A stretch of 64,000 nucleotides of DNA, from positions 63,375 to 127,374 of the forward strand of contig JBCCGH010000003.1 in NCBI GenBank assembly GCA_039029375.1. The letters run 5' to 3'. Under the pieces are notes generated by a model, which saw only the letters and a list, made by a program, of their open reading frames with translations, did not search any database and was not told where the DNA came from. The position numbers were made by a program, and so were the translations under genes. The stretch's first letter is position 1; each line of letters begins with the position of its first letter. This DNA is from Planctomycetota bacterium. Lineage in GTDB: Bacteria; Planctomycetota; UBA1135; UBA2386. Of the stretch, positions 32,836-43,074 are shown in pieces.

Positions 32836-33258
32836 ATGGCACCCATCAGCTACCAAACCGTTCAGCGTCTCATCACCCAAGAGCAAGTCGACGGCCGCAC
32901 CCTGCACGTCGTCTTCACCTGCCCGGTCTCGGGCCACACCGTCCCGGCGACGAGCACGATCAACGCTCCCCCAACCGCCTCGGATCAGGTGAAGCACCGG
33001 GCCAAGCGCGCCTTTCTGCAATCCGTCCGCGGCCCCATCGCCAACGCCATCCGGCAGGCCTTTGGTTACAGCACGCTGGGCCGAATGGCCGGTGACGTCG
33101 CCAGTCAGGTCGCCTACTCGACCACGTCCGCCCGCTCGACCATGGCCTTCTCCGACACCCAGAAGCAGGCCGCGGCCCTGGACGCGTTTCGCAAGGTCGA
33201 GAGCCAGTTCGTATGGAGCGAAGAGAACGGGGGCTTCGTCGCGACTGCCGGCCAATGA
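32836..33258 (+). CDS. Hypothetical small protein
   Basis: ATG at 32836 (MAPISYQTVQRLITQEQVDG...). Third-position GC is consistent with coding. It ends 28 nt upstream of the kinase gene. No motif was recognised. Confidence 0.4.
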   Translation: MAPISYQTVQRLITQEQVDGRTLHVVFTCPVSGHTVPATSTINAPPTASDQVKHRAKRAFLQSVRGPIANAIRQAFGYSTLGRMAGDVASQVAYSTTSARSTMAFSDTQKQAAALDAFRKVESQFVWSEENGGFVATAGQ

Positions 33259-33286
33259 CGAGACCCGCGCGCTACATTGACGGCTG

Positions 33287-36112
33287 ATGGCAGCCCCCCA
33301 CACGCGCGTGGCCGCGGTCTTCCTCGAAGCCCGATCGCTGGGCGATGACCGCCGTGCCCAGTTCCTGGACCAAGCATGCGTCGCCAATGCGACGCTCCGT
33401 GCCGAAGTCGAGGAGCTCCTCGGTTGGGACCGCACGCGCGCGCCGTTCGACACGCCGATCGATATCCGGTGGGACGCGGTCCACACCGGCGCGGACGGGC
33501 CGCCAGTCCCGACCCGCATCGGCCCCTACGACATCGTCAACGTTCTCGGCACCGGCGGCATGGGCACGGTGTACCGCGCGCGCCAGTCCAATCCCGCGCG
33601 CGACGTGGCCCTCAAGGTGATGCGACCGGGCCTGACGACGCCGTCGCTGGCGCGGCGGTTCGCCATCGAGGCCGACGCCCTCGGCCGCCTGCAGCACGCG
33701 GGGATCGCCCAGATCTACGAGGCGGGCACCGCGGACGACGGTCACGGCCCGCAGCCGTTCTTCGCCATGGAGCTCGTCGAGGGCGACGTGCTCACCAGGT
33801 ACGCCGAACGCCAGAGGCTCGATACGCGCGCGCGGCTCGAGCTGCTGGCCAAGATCGCTCGCGCGGTGCACCACGCGCACCAGAAAGGCGTCGTGCACCG
33901 CGATCTGAAGCCGAGCAACATCCTGGTGACCGCCGCCGGCGAGCCGAAGATCCTCGACTTCGGTGTGGCCCGAGTCACCGACGCGGACGTGGAGGCCGTC
34001 ACGCGGCAAACCGATGCCGGCCAGCTCATCGGCACGCTGCCATACATGAGCCCGGAGCAGGTCGCTGGCACGCCCGACGCAATCGACATCCGCTCCGACG
34101 TCTATGCCCTCGGCGTCATCGGTTATGAGCTCCTCGTCGGCGTGCTGCCGATCGACATCCGCGGCAAGCCCCTGCCCGAGGCGGCGCGCACGATCCAAGA
34201 AGACGTGCCGACTCGACTCAGCTCGGTGGCCCGCACCTACCGAGGCGACATCGACACGATCATCGCCAAGGCCCTCGAGAAGGAACGTCAACGGCGCTAT
34301 CAATCCGCCGACGAGTTGGCCGACGACGTCGAGCGCTTTCTCAAGCACGAGACCATCTCCGCACGGCCACCGACGCTGGGCTATCAAGCGGCGGTCTTCG
34401 CACGCCGCCACAAGGGGCTGGTGGCGGGGCTCGCCGGGGTGGTCATCGCGCTGGCGGGCGGCACGGTGACCAGCACCGCCCTTTACCTGAAGGCCGAAGA
34501 TCAACGCATCGAGGCCGAGCTGAAGCGCGGTGAGGCGGAGACCGCCCGCGCCGCCGAAGAGCGCGCCCGCAACGCGGCCGATGCGGCCCGCGTCGAGGCC
34601 GAGCGGCAGTCGAAGATCGCGCAATCCGTCAACCGCTATCTGACCCATGACCTGATCGCGTCGGTGTCGCCGTCGAGCAACCCGACGATGCGCGAAGTGG
34701 TCGAGGCCGCCGCTGCGAGCCTCGACGAACGGTTCCCCGACGATCCCGCCATCGAGGGCTCGGTGCGCGCGGCGATCGGCCGTACGTTCAAGCGACTCGG
34801 TGACTACGAGAAGGCCGAGCAACATCTGCGGGCGTCGGTCGACGGCCTCATCGCCAGCCTCGGCCCCGAGCACCTCGAGACGGTGCTGGCGATGAACAAC
34901 CTGGGCCTGCTGTATGTGAACCAGCGGCGCCACACGGAAGCCAAGGCGCTGTTGGAACCCGCGGTCGAAGTCGCGGAGCGCGACCTTCCCGCGGATCACC
35001 CCGAGATGCCGACGCTGCTCATGAACCTCGGCGCCGCGTACTCGGGGCTGGGCGAGTTTGCCGAGGCGATGCCGGTGCTGGAACGCGCGCTCGAGCTCGT
35101 GCTGGCGCTGTTCGGTGAGGACAGCGTGGAGACGAGCCGCGCCATGGCAAACCTGGCTTCGGCCGCTGGGCGGGCCGGCGACCGAGACCGGGCGCGCGAG
35201 CTGTTTGAGAAGTGCCTCGCCATCGACCGCTCGCTGTTTGGCGACGACCACTCCGAAACCATCACCGACCTCAACAACCTCGGCGGCTTCTACCTCGACG
35301 AGGGCGACTACGACCGGGCCCGCCCCATGCTCGAGGAAGCGGTGGCGCGGGGCCGCCGGGTGTTCGGCGATCGGCACCCGCTACAGCTGCGGATGCGCGG
35401 CAATCTCGCCAGCATGTACAGCGAGCTCGGCGAGGATGCCCGGGCGGTCGCCATTTACGAGGAGCTCGTCGAGATCAGCCGCGACAGCCTCGGCCCGGAC
35501 GCGGCCATGACCCATTCGCTGATGAACAACCTGGCCGGCACCTACGCCGACTTGGATCGACACGACGAGGCAGAGGCCGCCTACGTCGCGGTGCTCGAAT
35601 CGCGCCGGCGCACGCTCGGTGAGGACCACGTGCAGACCCTGCTGTCGGCGAACAACCTCGGCGCGCACTACCGCAAGCAGGGCGATCTCGACCGCGCTGA
35701 GCCCCTCCTCACCAACGCGAGCGCAGGCTTCGAGCAACGCCTTGGCCCCGACCACCGCCGCACGCTGAGCGCCAAGTCCAACCTCGGCGCCCTGCTGGCG
35801 GACCGCGGTCGTTACGACGAAGCGGCCTCGCTCCTGTCCGGCCTGCTGCCGCCGACGCTGGAAGCGTGGCCCGCGGACCACTGGTATCCGGCCCTGGTGC
35901 GCGCCCGGCTCGGCGTGGCGCTGACCGGCCAGCGCCGATTCAAGGACGCCAAGCGCGAGCTGCTACAGGCCCACGACATCCTCGATGCAGCCCTCGGGAC
36001 CGACCACGACCGCACGGTCCAATGCCGCGGGCACATCGTCTCGCTCTACGAGACCTGGGGGCAGCCCGACGCGGCGGCCCAATGGAGAGAGCGAGGCTCC
36101 GCGCCGCGCTAG
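33287..36112 (+). CDS. Ser/Thr protein kinase with TM segment and C-terminal TPR repeats
   Basis: Kinase motifs: GTGGMGTVY, VALK, HRDLKPSNIL, DFG, PYMSPEQ. TM segment: LVAGLAGVVIALAGGTV. About 8 TPR_10/12-like repeats follow (...MNNLGLLYVNQRRHTEAK...). Confidence 0.95.
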   Translation: MAAPHTRVAAVFLEARSLGDDRRAQFLDQACVANATLRAEVEELLGWDRTRAPFDTPIDIRWDAVHTGADGPPVPTRIGPYDIVNVLGTGGMGTVYRARQSNPARDVALKVMRPGLTTPSLARRFAIEADALGRLQHAGIAQIYEAGTADDGHGPQPFFAMELVEGDVLTRYAERQRLDTRARLELLAKIARAVHHAHQKGVVHRDLKPSNILVTAAGEPKILDFGVARVTDADVEAVTRQTDAGQLIGTLPYMSPEQVAGTPDAIDIRSDVYALGVIGYELLVGVLPIDIRGKPLPEAARTIQEDVPTRLSSVARTYRGDIDTIIAKALEKERQRRYQSADELADDVERFLKHETISARPPTLGYQAAVFARRHKGLVAGLAGVVIALAGGTVTSTALYLKAEDQRIEAELKRGEAETARAAEERARNAADAARVEAERQSKIAQSVNRYLTHDLIASVSPSSNPTMREVVEAAAASLDERFPDDPAIEGSVRAAIGRTFKRLGDYEKAEQHLRASVDGLIASLGPEHLETVLAMNNLGLLYVNQRRHTEAKALLEPAVEVAERDLPADHPEMPTLLMNLGAAYSGLGEFAEAMPVLERALELVLALFGEDSVETSRAMANLASAAGRAGDRDRARELFEKCLAIDRSLFGDDHSETITDLNNLGGFYLDEGDYDRARPMLEEAVARGRRVFGDRHPLQLRMRGNLASMYSELGEDARAVAIYEELVEISRDSLGPDAAMTHSLMNNLAGTYADLDRHDEAEAAYVAVLESRRRTLGEDHVQTLLSANNLGAHYRKQGDLDRAEPLLTNASAGFEQRLGPDHRRTLSAKSNLGALLADRGRYDEAASLLSGLLPPTLEAWPADHWYPALVRARLGVALTGQRRFKDAKRELLQAHDILDAALGTDHDRTVQCRGHIVSLYETWGQPDAAAQWRERGSAPR

Positions 36113-36145
36113 TTCGCACGACCATTGGCGCTGTATGCTGCGCCC

Positions 36146-36673
36146 ATGACCGGGGCCAACGATCCCCTGCTCGAGACCAGGCTCTACGACGAGCTCCGAC
36201 GGATCGCGGCGGGCCACCTCGGCCGAGAACGCGACGACCACACGCTCCAGCCCACGGCGCTGGTGCACGAGGCGTGGGTCAAGCTCGCCAAGCAGCACGA
36301 CGCGCAGATCAACGGTCCGTCCCACTTCTGCGCCGTCGCCAGCCAGGCCATGCGGCGCATCTTGGTCGATCACGCGCGGGGCAGGCACGCGGACAAGCGC
36401 GGCGCGGGCGCCGACCGAGTGACGCTCGCCGCGGTCGACGGTGACGATCTCGCGTCGGGCGCCAACGACCAGCCCGAAGTCCTCGCGCTCGACGGCGCCC
36501 TCGACAAGCTGGCGGCCGTCAGCCGGCGGCAGGCCAAGGTCGTCGAGATGCGCTTCTTTGGCGGGATGAAGATCGAGGAGATCGCCGACGTTCTGGGGGT
36601 CTCGACGCGCACCGTTGACGGCGATTGGCGCGTTGCCCGCGCGTGGCTGCAGCGTGAGATGCATCGCGCCTGA
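36146..36673 (+). CDS. ECF-type sigma-70 factor (kinase-associated, TIGR02999-like)
   Basis: LYDELRRIAAGHLGRERDDHTLQPTALVHEAWVKL; RRILVDHARGRHADKRG; VVEMRFFGGMKIEEIADVLGVSTRTVDGDWRVARAWL. It lies 34 nt downstream of the TPR kinase. Confidence 0.85.
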   Translation: MTGANDPLLETRLYDELRRIAAGHLGRERDDHTLQPTALVHEAWVKLAKQHDAQINGPSHFCAVASQAMRRILVDHARGRHADKRGAGADRVTLAAVDGDDLASGANDQPEVLALDGALDKLAAVSRRQAKVVEMRFFGGMKIEEIADVLGVSTRTVDGDWRVARAWLQREMHRA

Positions 36674-36719
36674 GCGGAGGTCGCCGGCCGCCCAGAGCCC
36701 CCATCGCCACCTAGCAGAG

Positions 36720-37889
36720 CTAGTGATCCAGTGCCCGGGCGGCGCGGACCGTCAGCATTGATGTGCCGATAGTCGGGATCCCGGGCGTGGCGGTAGGCGG
36801 AGCGGCTCTTGCGTGCGTCGCCATACATCTCACCGCCGCGGACGACGCGCCGCCGATTCTTCGATCCCAGCCGCAGCCCGTCCCGTGGACGCCAGGGCAG
36901 CGTGTAGGGGCCGAACGCGTCTTGGCACCACTCGGCCAGGTTGCCCGCCATTCCGTGCAGGCCAAACGCGTTCGCCTCAAACCGATGGACCGGCGCCGAC
37001 ATGTCGACGTAACCATCGGACCACGGCTCACACACGAAGATCGCGCCGCCGGGAACTTCGGCGAGCGCCGCGTCGGCAAGGTTCACGGCGCCCCGCAGCG
37101 AGTCGCGCTGCGCGCCGGTCCACCATGGCGTCTGTGTCCCGGCCCGCACGGCATACTCCCATTGGCACTCGGTCGGCAGCCCAAGGCCAGCCCGCGCGAG
37201 GATGCGCGTGGCCTCGTCCCAGCTGAGGCTATCGACGGGTGTGATCGCGGCGACCTCTGGATCAAACACGTGCGCGGATGGATCTCGCCCGGCGACGCGG
37301 CGCCACTGCGGCCGCGTCGTCTCATACTTACCGATGAAGAACGGCTCGAGCTCGACTGGATGCACGGGCTGCTGGGAGGGCCAGGCGAGGGGGTCGTAGC
37401 CAGGTGCTTCGGGACGGTTCCCAAGCCGAATGCGCTCGGCCGCCTGGGCCCGCACCACGATCGTCGTCAGCAGGACGACGAGCACGAGCGTCACGACCCC
37501 GGAGAGCGCGGCCGCTGTGCCGCGATTCCGGCGCACCCAGCGCACCAGCTCGGCCGCCGGCCCGGATCGGTGCGCGCGCATCGCGCGCCCCTCTAGGAAC
37601 GCGCGAACATCGCTCGCGATGGCGTCGGCCCGCACGCGCTCGTCGGCGGATTGCGCGCGCCCCCGCAAGGCGAGCAACGCCGGATCACGCGTTCCACTCG
37701 CAGCGAGAAGGGCCCCGACGAGCGGCACAGACGTAGCGACTCCGCCAGCCCTGGGTGCTGCGCACATAGAGCCGCGAAGTGGGTACTGTCGTCGGGCCGA
37801 TGCTCGGCGGCGAACTGACAGAAGACCGACTCCGCCGCCGAGAAGGAGGTGAAGTCCGGCGGGGCTGTCATGGGGCCCACTCTTGCCAC
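36720..37889 (-). pseudogene. Kinase-less, frame-disrupted paralog of the kinase-FGE receptor (TM + SUMF1/FGE-type domain)
   Basis: The N-terminal 45 aa are in frame 0 (MTAPPDFTSF...FAALCAQHPGLAESLR). The middle is in frame 1: juxtamembrane DVRAFLEGRAMRAHRSG...WVRRNRGTAA, a TM segment, then an FGE domain (CQWEYAVRAG...GLHGMAGNLAEWCQD...VVRGGEMYG...SAYRHARDP). The last 12 aa return to frame 0 (MLTVRAARALDH, stop at 36720), matching the paralog tail YGLRAARAL. The kinase core is absent. Confidence 0.6.
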
Positions 37890-37939
37890 GAGCCCGTAGC
37901 GTGCGCAACCCCTGTGCGGTCCCGCGGCGCGTGGCCGCG

Positions 37940-40840
37940 TCAGGGGTTCAGCACCCAGACGATGCCGTTGGAGACGTCGAACGTTCCCACCCCACTCGAG
38001 GGCGTCGTCAGCGCCTGCAAGGCCACGCGCGCGCCGGCCAGTGCCGGGTTGTTCGGGAGCGGGAGCGCGGTCTGCCAGCTGCCCGCGGCCGGGATCGCCG
38101 CCAGCGCGTAGAACGCCTGGATCGCGTCGAAGTAGATCGGCAGGCCGGCAAACGACAGGATGGATGGCGCCGGCAGCCCGACGATCACCACGGCGGCCGA
38201 GCCGGCAACCGGCGCGTTGCCCTGCAGCCCGACGGTTTGTCCGATGATCGGGTCACCCGTCGTCAGCGTCGGCGCCGGGCCCACGCCGCGAGTGCCCCCC
38301 GGGTGGACCGGCGTCGCGACGGCGCCGACATCCAACCGAAACAGCTCGGTCCCGGTCGAGCCGTCGTCCGCGGCCAGCAGTGCGCCCCCGCGATAGCCCA
38401 CAGCCGCGTGCGCGTCGGCCGCGCGCCGCAGGGCCTCGCCGGCGCCTGAGCCGGGCCCGGGCTGCAGATCCACGGCGAGCTGGGTGCCGGCCACCGTGCC
38501 ATCGGTCAGCCACACCTCTCGACCCTTCGCATCGTCCGCCGCGGTGAACAGCAGAGTCGCGTTGCCGAGCCGCGCGAAATCCGCCGGCTGTGACGAGGCC
38601 GGGCCCGGTCGCAGCTCAGCGAACAACGCGGTCCCCGCCGGCGTCCCGTCGCTGCGCCACAGCTCTGATCCGGTCACGGTCTCGCGACCCGAGAACCACA
38701 AGTGATCCGCAAACAGGACCATCTCGTTCATGCTGCCCGTCGTGCTATGGTCGACCGCCAGGACCGTGCCCGCGGTCGTTCCGTCGCTGACCCAGATCTC
38801 CCGCCCGACCACGTCGTTGCGAGCGGTAAACCAAAGGCGATCGTTCCAGGCGACCAGATCTTGGGGCGCGGCGTGATTCGGGCACGTGTAGTACGGGTAG
38901 CCGCAGTAGCTGAACCCGGGATAGATGTCCTTCACCAGCCGCGTACCGGCCGCCGTGCCATCCGTCACCCACAGCTCCGCCCGTTCAAACCCGCCGAAGA
39001 ACCCCGGCACCAGCTGCGCGAAGAACACGTCGGCGCCGACGCGGGTGAAGTCCGTACCGAGCACCCCCGGCGAACCAGACGTCACGGCCACGGTTCCCAA
39101 CGCGGTGCCGTCGGTCCTCCAGATCTTGGCCTGGGGATCGGCGGCCGAGAACCAAACCTCACCGTCCACCGCCGACAGACCCTGCGGGTCGGAGCCAATC
39201 GAGCCGGGCAGAAGGTCGACCAACAGGCGTGTGCCGGCAGTGGTCCCGTTCGTGACCCACAGCTCGCTCCCGCTCGCCGACGTCGTGGCCGCAAACACCA
39301 CCAGGTTGCCCACCCGCGTCATCTGGCTCGGCTCCGAACTCGTCGGTCCGGGCTCGAGATCGAGCAGCATGCTCGTGCCCGCCGCGGTGCCGTCGGTCAC
39401 CCAGAGCTCGCGGCCCGCCGCGAGAGTCCGGGCCGAGAACAGCGTCCGATCGAGAAGATCGCAGGCATCCCGCGGGTCGCTGCCGACCGGTGATTCGGGC
39501 ACCAGGTTCGCAAACAGCCGCGTCCCGCCGACCGTGCCGTCGGTCTCCCAGACTTCGAAGCCGGCCGTCACGCTACGCCCGCGGAAGAACACGCGGCCGG
39601 ACGTTGGCGAGCGATAGAACCCGCGCGGCCGTGGGCTCGGGCCGGTGAACGAGTGCAACAACGCCGTACCGGCGGTGGTCCCGTCGCTGACCCAAAGTTG
39701 TCCTGTGGAGCCACCGTCATCCAGCGAGAACACCGCGCGGCCACCCGGGAGCTCCGCGGCCTCGCCCTGCATCATGCGCACGGTGCCGGTGCCGGGGTCG
39801 AGGTCGAAGATCGACTGGGTGCCGGCGGCCGTTCCGTCCGTGGCCCACAGCTCGGTGGAACCAAACGACCAGAACACCGCGCGGTTGCCCGCCGGATGCA
39901 CTGCCCACGGCGTCGGCGCGGCCGTGGGCACAGCCATGGTTCCCGCAACCGTCGCGTCGGTGACCCACAACCTCTGATCGCCATGGAACACGATCTGGTT
40001 GCCGATCGCCGCGCGCAGGTCCAGGCGGCCACCACTACCGGTGCCCGGCCGGGTGTCCGCCAGCAGCTCCAGCTGGTCGACGTCCAACCAGTAGGGCTCG
40101 CGCCCTACGCCGAAGGTCGAGTTGTGGAGAACCAGACGATCGTTGAGGACCAAGAGGTCCGTCACGCTCTGCCGCGCCGAGCCCGCGACCGCGGGCTCGG
40201 TCCCCGCGGGCGTGCCGTCCGTCCGCCATAGCGCGCACCCTCGGACCCCGTCACAGGCACGGAAGTAGATCTGCCCCTGAAACTCGGTGAAGTCGGAGGG
40301 GCTGCTCGGCCCGCTGCCCGCCACGATTTGCGCCAGCGGTCGGGGGTTCGTTCCGGCCACATCCACAATCCACGGCTCCAAACCGCTGACGCCGTCGCTG
40401 CCCGAGAAGACGATCGAGTTGCCGAAGGGGGCGATTTCTTCGATGTCCGTGCGGCCGGAGACCCCCGGCAACGGCACCGGACGCGTGCCCGCCACCGTGC
40501 CGTCCGACATGAAGAGCGTGCGGTCGCCCGACGGATCCGCCAACGCCGAGAACCACAAGTGGCCGGCGTGATACACCAGGTTCTCCGGCATCGACCACCC
40601 GCGCGAATAGATGTCGATCGCGGTCACCGCGCGGGTCGCCAGATCGATGACGGCCAGCTCCTGACCGATGCTCGGAAACTGCGCCGAGCAGAACAGCAAT
40701 CCCCCGCCTTCGGCGAAGAACTGCGGGCTCGACGACTGAACCACGAAGCCGGGCTCGAGATCGCCGAGGCTGGTCGCCACTTGGGCGGGCACAGCGGGCA
40801 AGCACGGGAGGAGAACGGCTAGGACAAGGCGTGAGGACAT
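37940..40840 (-). CDS. Secreted ELWxxDGT-repeat protein with the shared C-terminal domain
   Basis: Signal peptide MSSRLVLAVLLPCLPAVPAQ begins at ATG 40840. About 15 repeats contain ELW(V/R/K)(T/S)DGT.AGT (ELWVTDGTAAGT, ELWRSDGTPAGT and so on). The C-terminus is ...LPLPNNPALAGARVALQALT.... Confidence 0.85.
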   Translation of the reverse strand: MSSRLVLAVLLPCLPAVPAQVATSLGDLEPGFVVQSSSPQFFAEGGGLLFCSAQFPSIGQELAVIDLATRAVTAIDIYSRGWSMPENLVYHAGHLWFSALADPSGDRTLFMSDGTVAGTRPVPLPGVSGRTDIEEIAPFGNSIVFSGSDGVSGLEPWIVDVAGTNPRPLAQIVAGSGPSSPSDFTEFQGQIYFRACDGVRGCALWRTDGTPAGTEPAVAGSARQSVTDLLVLNDRLVLHNSTFGVGREPYWLDVDQLELLADTRPGTGSGGRLDLRAAIGNQIVFHGDQRLWVTDATVAGTMAVPTAAPTPWAVHPAGNRAVFWSFGSTELWATDGTAAGTQSIFDLDPGTGTVRMMQGEAAELPGGRAVFSLDDGGSTGQLWVSDGTTAGTALLHSFTGPSPRPRGFYRSPTSGRVFFRGRSVTAGFEVWETDGTVGGTRLFANLVPESPVGSDPRDACDLLDRTLFSARTLAAGRELWVTDGTAAGTSMLLDLEPGPTSSEPSQMTRVGNLVVFAATTSASGSELWVTNGTTAGTRLLVDLLPGSIGSDPQGLSAVDGEVWFSAADPQAKIWRTDGTALGTVAVTSGSPGVLGTDFTRVGADVFFAQLVPGFFGGFERAELWVTDGTAAGTRLVKDIYPGFSYCGYPYYTCPNHAAPQDLVAWNDRLWFTARNDVVGREIWVSDGTTAGTVLAVDHSTTGSMNEMVLFADHLWFSGRETVTGSELWRSDGTPAGTALFAELRPGPASSQPADFARLGNATLLFTAADDAKGREVWLTDGTVAGTQLAVDLQPGPGSGAGEALRRAADAHAAVGYRGGALLAADDGSTGTELFRLDVGAVATPVHPGGTRGVGPAPTLTTGDPIIGQTVGLQGNAPVAGSAAVVIVGLPAPSILSFAGLPIYFDAIQAFYALAAIPAAGSWQTALPLPNNPALAGARVALQALTTPSSGVGTFDVSNGIVWVLNP

Positions 40841-40968
40841 AGCGAGCGTGGGGCGACGACCGTCGACCGGATCATGGTAGCCCGGCAACCAGGGGCGGCG
40901 CGCCGCTGCGCCGATCGCCGCACGCCTGGAGGCGGTTCCCAGGACGCCACGATCTCGCCCGGCTCCGG

Positions 40969-41490
40969 CTACCCCCCGATCACCAGATGCTGACCGTTGG
41001 AGAACACCGCCCCGAGGGGGTTGGCGGTCGGCACCAGCGCGACGCCCTGCAGGTAGAGGTCCGCACCGATCAACCCCGGATGGGTCAGCCGAAACGAGAC
41101 AGAAGGGGCTGCACCGAGACCCGGTGCCGCAACGCGGCCATCGACCGCCCTCGGGGCGCGCTCCTTCTCCGTCGCGGACGACGGCGGGACCAGAGTACGG
41201 GCCACGCCCCTCCCGGGGAACCCCCACGCCGGCGGAGCAAGTCAGCCCGAGAGTTGGCCGCCGGTCGCAGCACGAAGCATCCGCGCTGCCGACGAGGAAC
41301 GCGTCCCAGCTCGTGAAGGCGGCGCAGCTCGTGCCCGGGAACGTGAACGGCAGGGCGCCAAACAGGCCGGTCGTGTCACTCGCGCCCAGCACCGCCACCA
41401 CCGGCGCCGAGGCGCCGAGGTCCCGTGCGAGCCGCCCCACGGCGCTGGCGACTTCTGGTCCGGCAAGGTCACCGGGCCGAAGTCCCAGCG
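40969..41490 (-). pseudogene. Orphan, frameshifted copy of the shared C-terminal domain
   Basis: One frame at 41490-41270 reads ...APVVAVLGASDTTGLFGALPFTFPGTSCAAFTSWDAFLVG. A second frame at 41200-40969 reads ...SVSFRLTHPGLIGADLYLQGVALVPTANPLGAVFSNGQHLVIGG then stop. Both parts align to the C-terminus of 1442-3259. There is no signal peptide or N-terminal domain. Confidence 0.55.
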
Positions 41491-41513
41491 CTCGTCACCG
41501 CGCGATCCGAGCC

Positions 41514-42638
41514 TCACCCACCGGCGCCGGGGGTGGACGGCGAATCTTCACGCGCCGCCGCCGGACACAGCGCGCGCGCTGCCATGTAGAGGGTGACCAA
41601 CGCGCCTTCGGCGACCATGATCGACAGCGCCGGCGCGGCCAGGAGGGCGTCCACGTCACCGCCGCCGCAACCGCGCTGCAGGATCAGAGCGCCCACGTAG
41701 AAAACCAGCAGGGCCGCTGGCGTGACGCGCGCGCGGCGCCCCATGTGCGCTCCAACCGCGAGAACCAGCCGCAGCGCGCCGAGTCCGGCGAGCGCGATCA
41801 ACGGCACCTGCAGCCAGGCCGAATGCGGCAGTAGACGCTCGCAAACGACGCCGTCGAACGGCGCCGTCCCGCCCATCGCCACGCTGCTGACGCCGCCGGC
41901 CGCACCGAGCACGATCACGGTCAGCACGACCCACGGCAGCACGCGGGACTGCATCGCCACGGTGGGGACCGGCCGGCCGGGGCAGCGTCGCACCGCGCGC
42001 GCTCCCAGCAACAGGGTGACGGCCAACGCCAACAGCAGGCCAAACCCGGGCACCAGCAGGTAGATGCCCGCCCGCGGCCCGCAGGCGACCGCCAAGCCCA
42101 AGCCCGCCCCGACGGCCAGCGCCGACACCGCCGCCACCAACAGGCGCCGCAGGCCGCGGTGCTGGGCGATCAGCACCGGGAAGCCCATCAAGACCAGGGT
42201 CGCGAGCCCGCCAAACGCGGCGACCGGCGTGGCGGCCCGCAACACGTAGCCATCGGCTCCCGCCGGTGGCAGCGCCGCCAGCGCGAGGCACGCGAAGAGC
42301 GCAGTCAGGCGCCCCCGCGTCATCAGCACCGTGAGATAGAGCAGCCCAGTCACGACGAGCAACCCGAGCACGGCGGCGCGGCGCGCCTGCGGCAGGAGCT
42401 CGCGGCTGGCGGGCGCCCCCGCCTTGATCGCGTCTCGCGGCACCGCGGCGCCGTAATACGACACCAGGGCGCTGCCCACGGCGTCGGCCGACGGCGCCTC
42501 GAGAGCGCGCGCCAACGCCTCGGGCTCGCCGAGCCGCGGCGGCTGATCGATCCCTACGCCACCAACCAGGGCGGGCAGCAAGAGGATCGCCAGCGTCAGG
42601 GCAGCGCCCCAAACGCGGCGCGAGACAGCGCCGCTCAT
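41514..42638 (-). CDS. Polytopic membrane protein of unknown function
   Basis: About 9 hydrophobic segments (AALTLAILLLPALVGGV, VLGLLVVTGLLYLTVLM, IYLLVPGFGLLLALAVTLLLG and so on). The ATG at 42638 lies 23 nt after the ridA stop. Confidence 0.55.
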   Translation of the reverse strand: MSGAVSRRVWGAALTLAILLLPALVGGVGIDQPPRLGEPEALARALEAPSADAVGSALVSYYGAAVPRDAIKAGAPASRELLPQARRAAVLGLLVVTGLLYLTVLMTRGRLTALFACLALAALPPAGADGYVLRAATPVAAFGGLATLVLMGFPVLIAQHRGLRRLLVAAVSALAVGAGLGLAVACGPRAGIYLLVPGFGLLLALAVTLLLGARAVRRCPGRPVPTVAMQSRVLPWVVLTVIVLGAAGGVSSVAMGGTAPFDGVVCERLLPHSAWLQVPLIALAGLGALRLVLAVGAHMGRRARVTPAALLVFYVGALILQRGCGGGDVDALLAAPALSIMVAEGALVTLYMAARALCPAAAREDSPSTPGAGG

Positions 42639-42660
42639 CGGCAAGGCCGCTCCGTGGCGC

Positions 42661-43056
42661 TCAGCGCAGAGCGATGCAATCGATCTCGACCAGACCGTTC
42701 TTCGGCAGAGTCTTGACCGCGAGCGCCGCACGGGCGGGTTTCACGCCGGGAAAGAACTCGGCGTACACCTCGTTGACGGCGACGAAGTCCGCCATGTCGG
42801 CGAGATACACCGTCGTGCGCACGACGCGATCCATGCTCGTGCCGGCCGCCTCGAGCACCGCGCCGAGGTTGGTCAGGGCGCGGCGGGCCTGCTCGGCGGC
42901 GGTTGCTCCCACCATCTCGTTGGTCGTCGGGTCGAGGGCGACTTGACCGGAGCAGAACACCAGGTCACCGGCGACGATGGCCTGGTTGTAGGGCCCAATG
43001 GCCTTGGGGGCGGCGTCGGTGTTGATCGCTTTCTGAGTCACGGCAGCTCCTCGCAA
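42661..43056 (-). CDS. ridA: RidA/YjgF/TdcF family reactive-intermediate deaminase
   Basis: APKAIGPYNQAIVAGDLVFCSGQVALDP ... RTTVYLADMADFVAVNEVYAEFF...PARAALAVKTLPKNGLVEIDCIA. Confidence 0.9.
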   Translation of the reverse strand: MRGAAVTQKAINTDAAPKAIGPYNQAIVAGDLVFCSGQVALDPTTNEMVGATAAEQARRALTNLGAVLEAAGTSMDRVVRTTVYLADMADFVAVNEVYAEFFPGVKPARAALAVKTLPKNGLVEIDCIALR

Positions 43057-43074
43057 GACGCGGCGGGATGAAGA

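Noticed and set aside
33272-35377. A 701-aa minus-strand ORF (and ORFs at 47674-48735, 48405-49697, 48805-49878, 50720-52072 and 58937-60478).
   Set aside because: These are antisense or alternative-frame shadows of the kinase, ELW, kinase-FGE and beta-helix genes. No motifs were found and third-position GC is lower than in the called frames.
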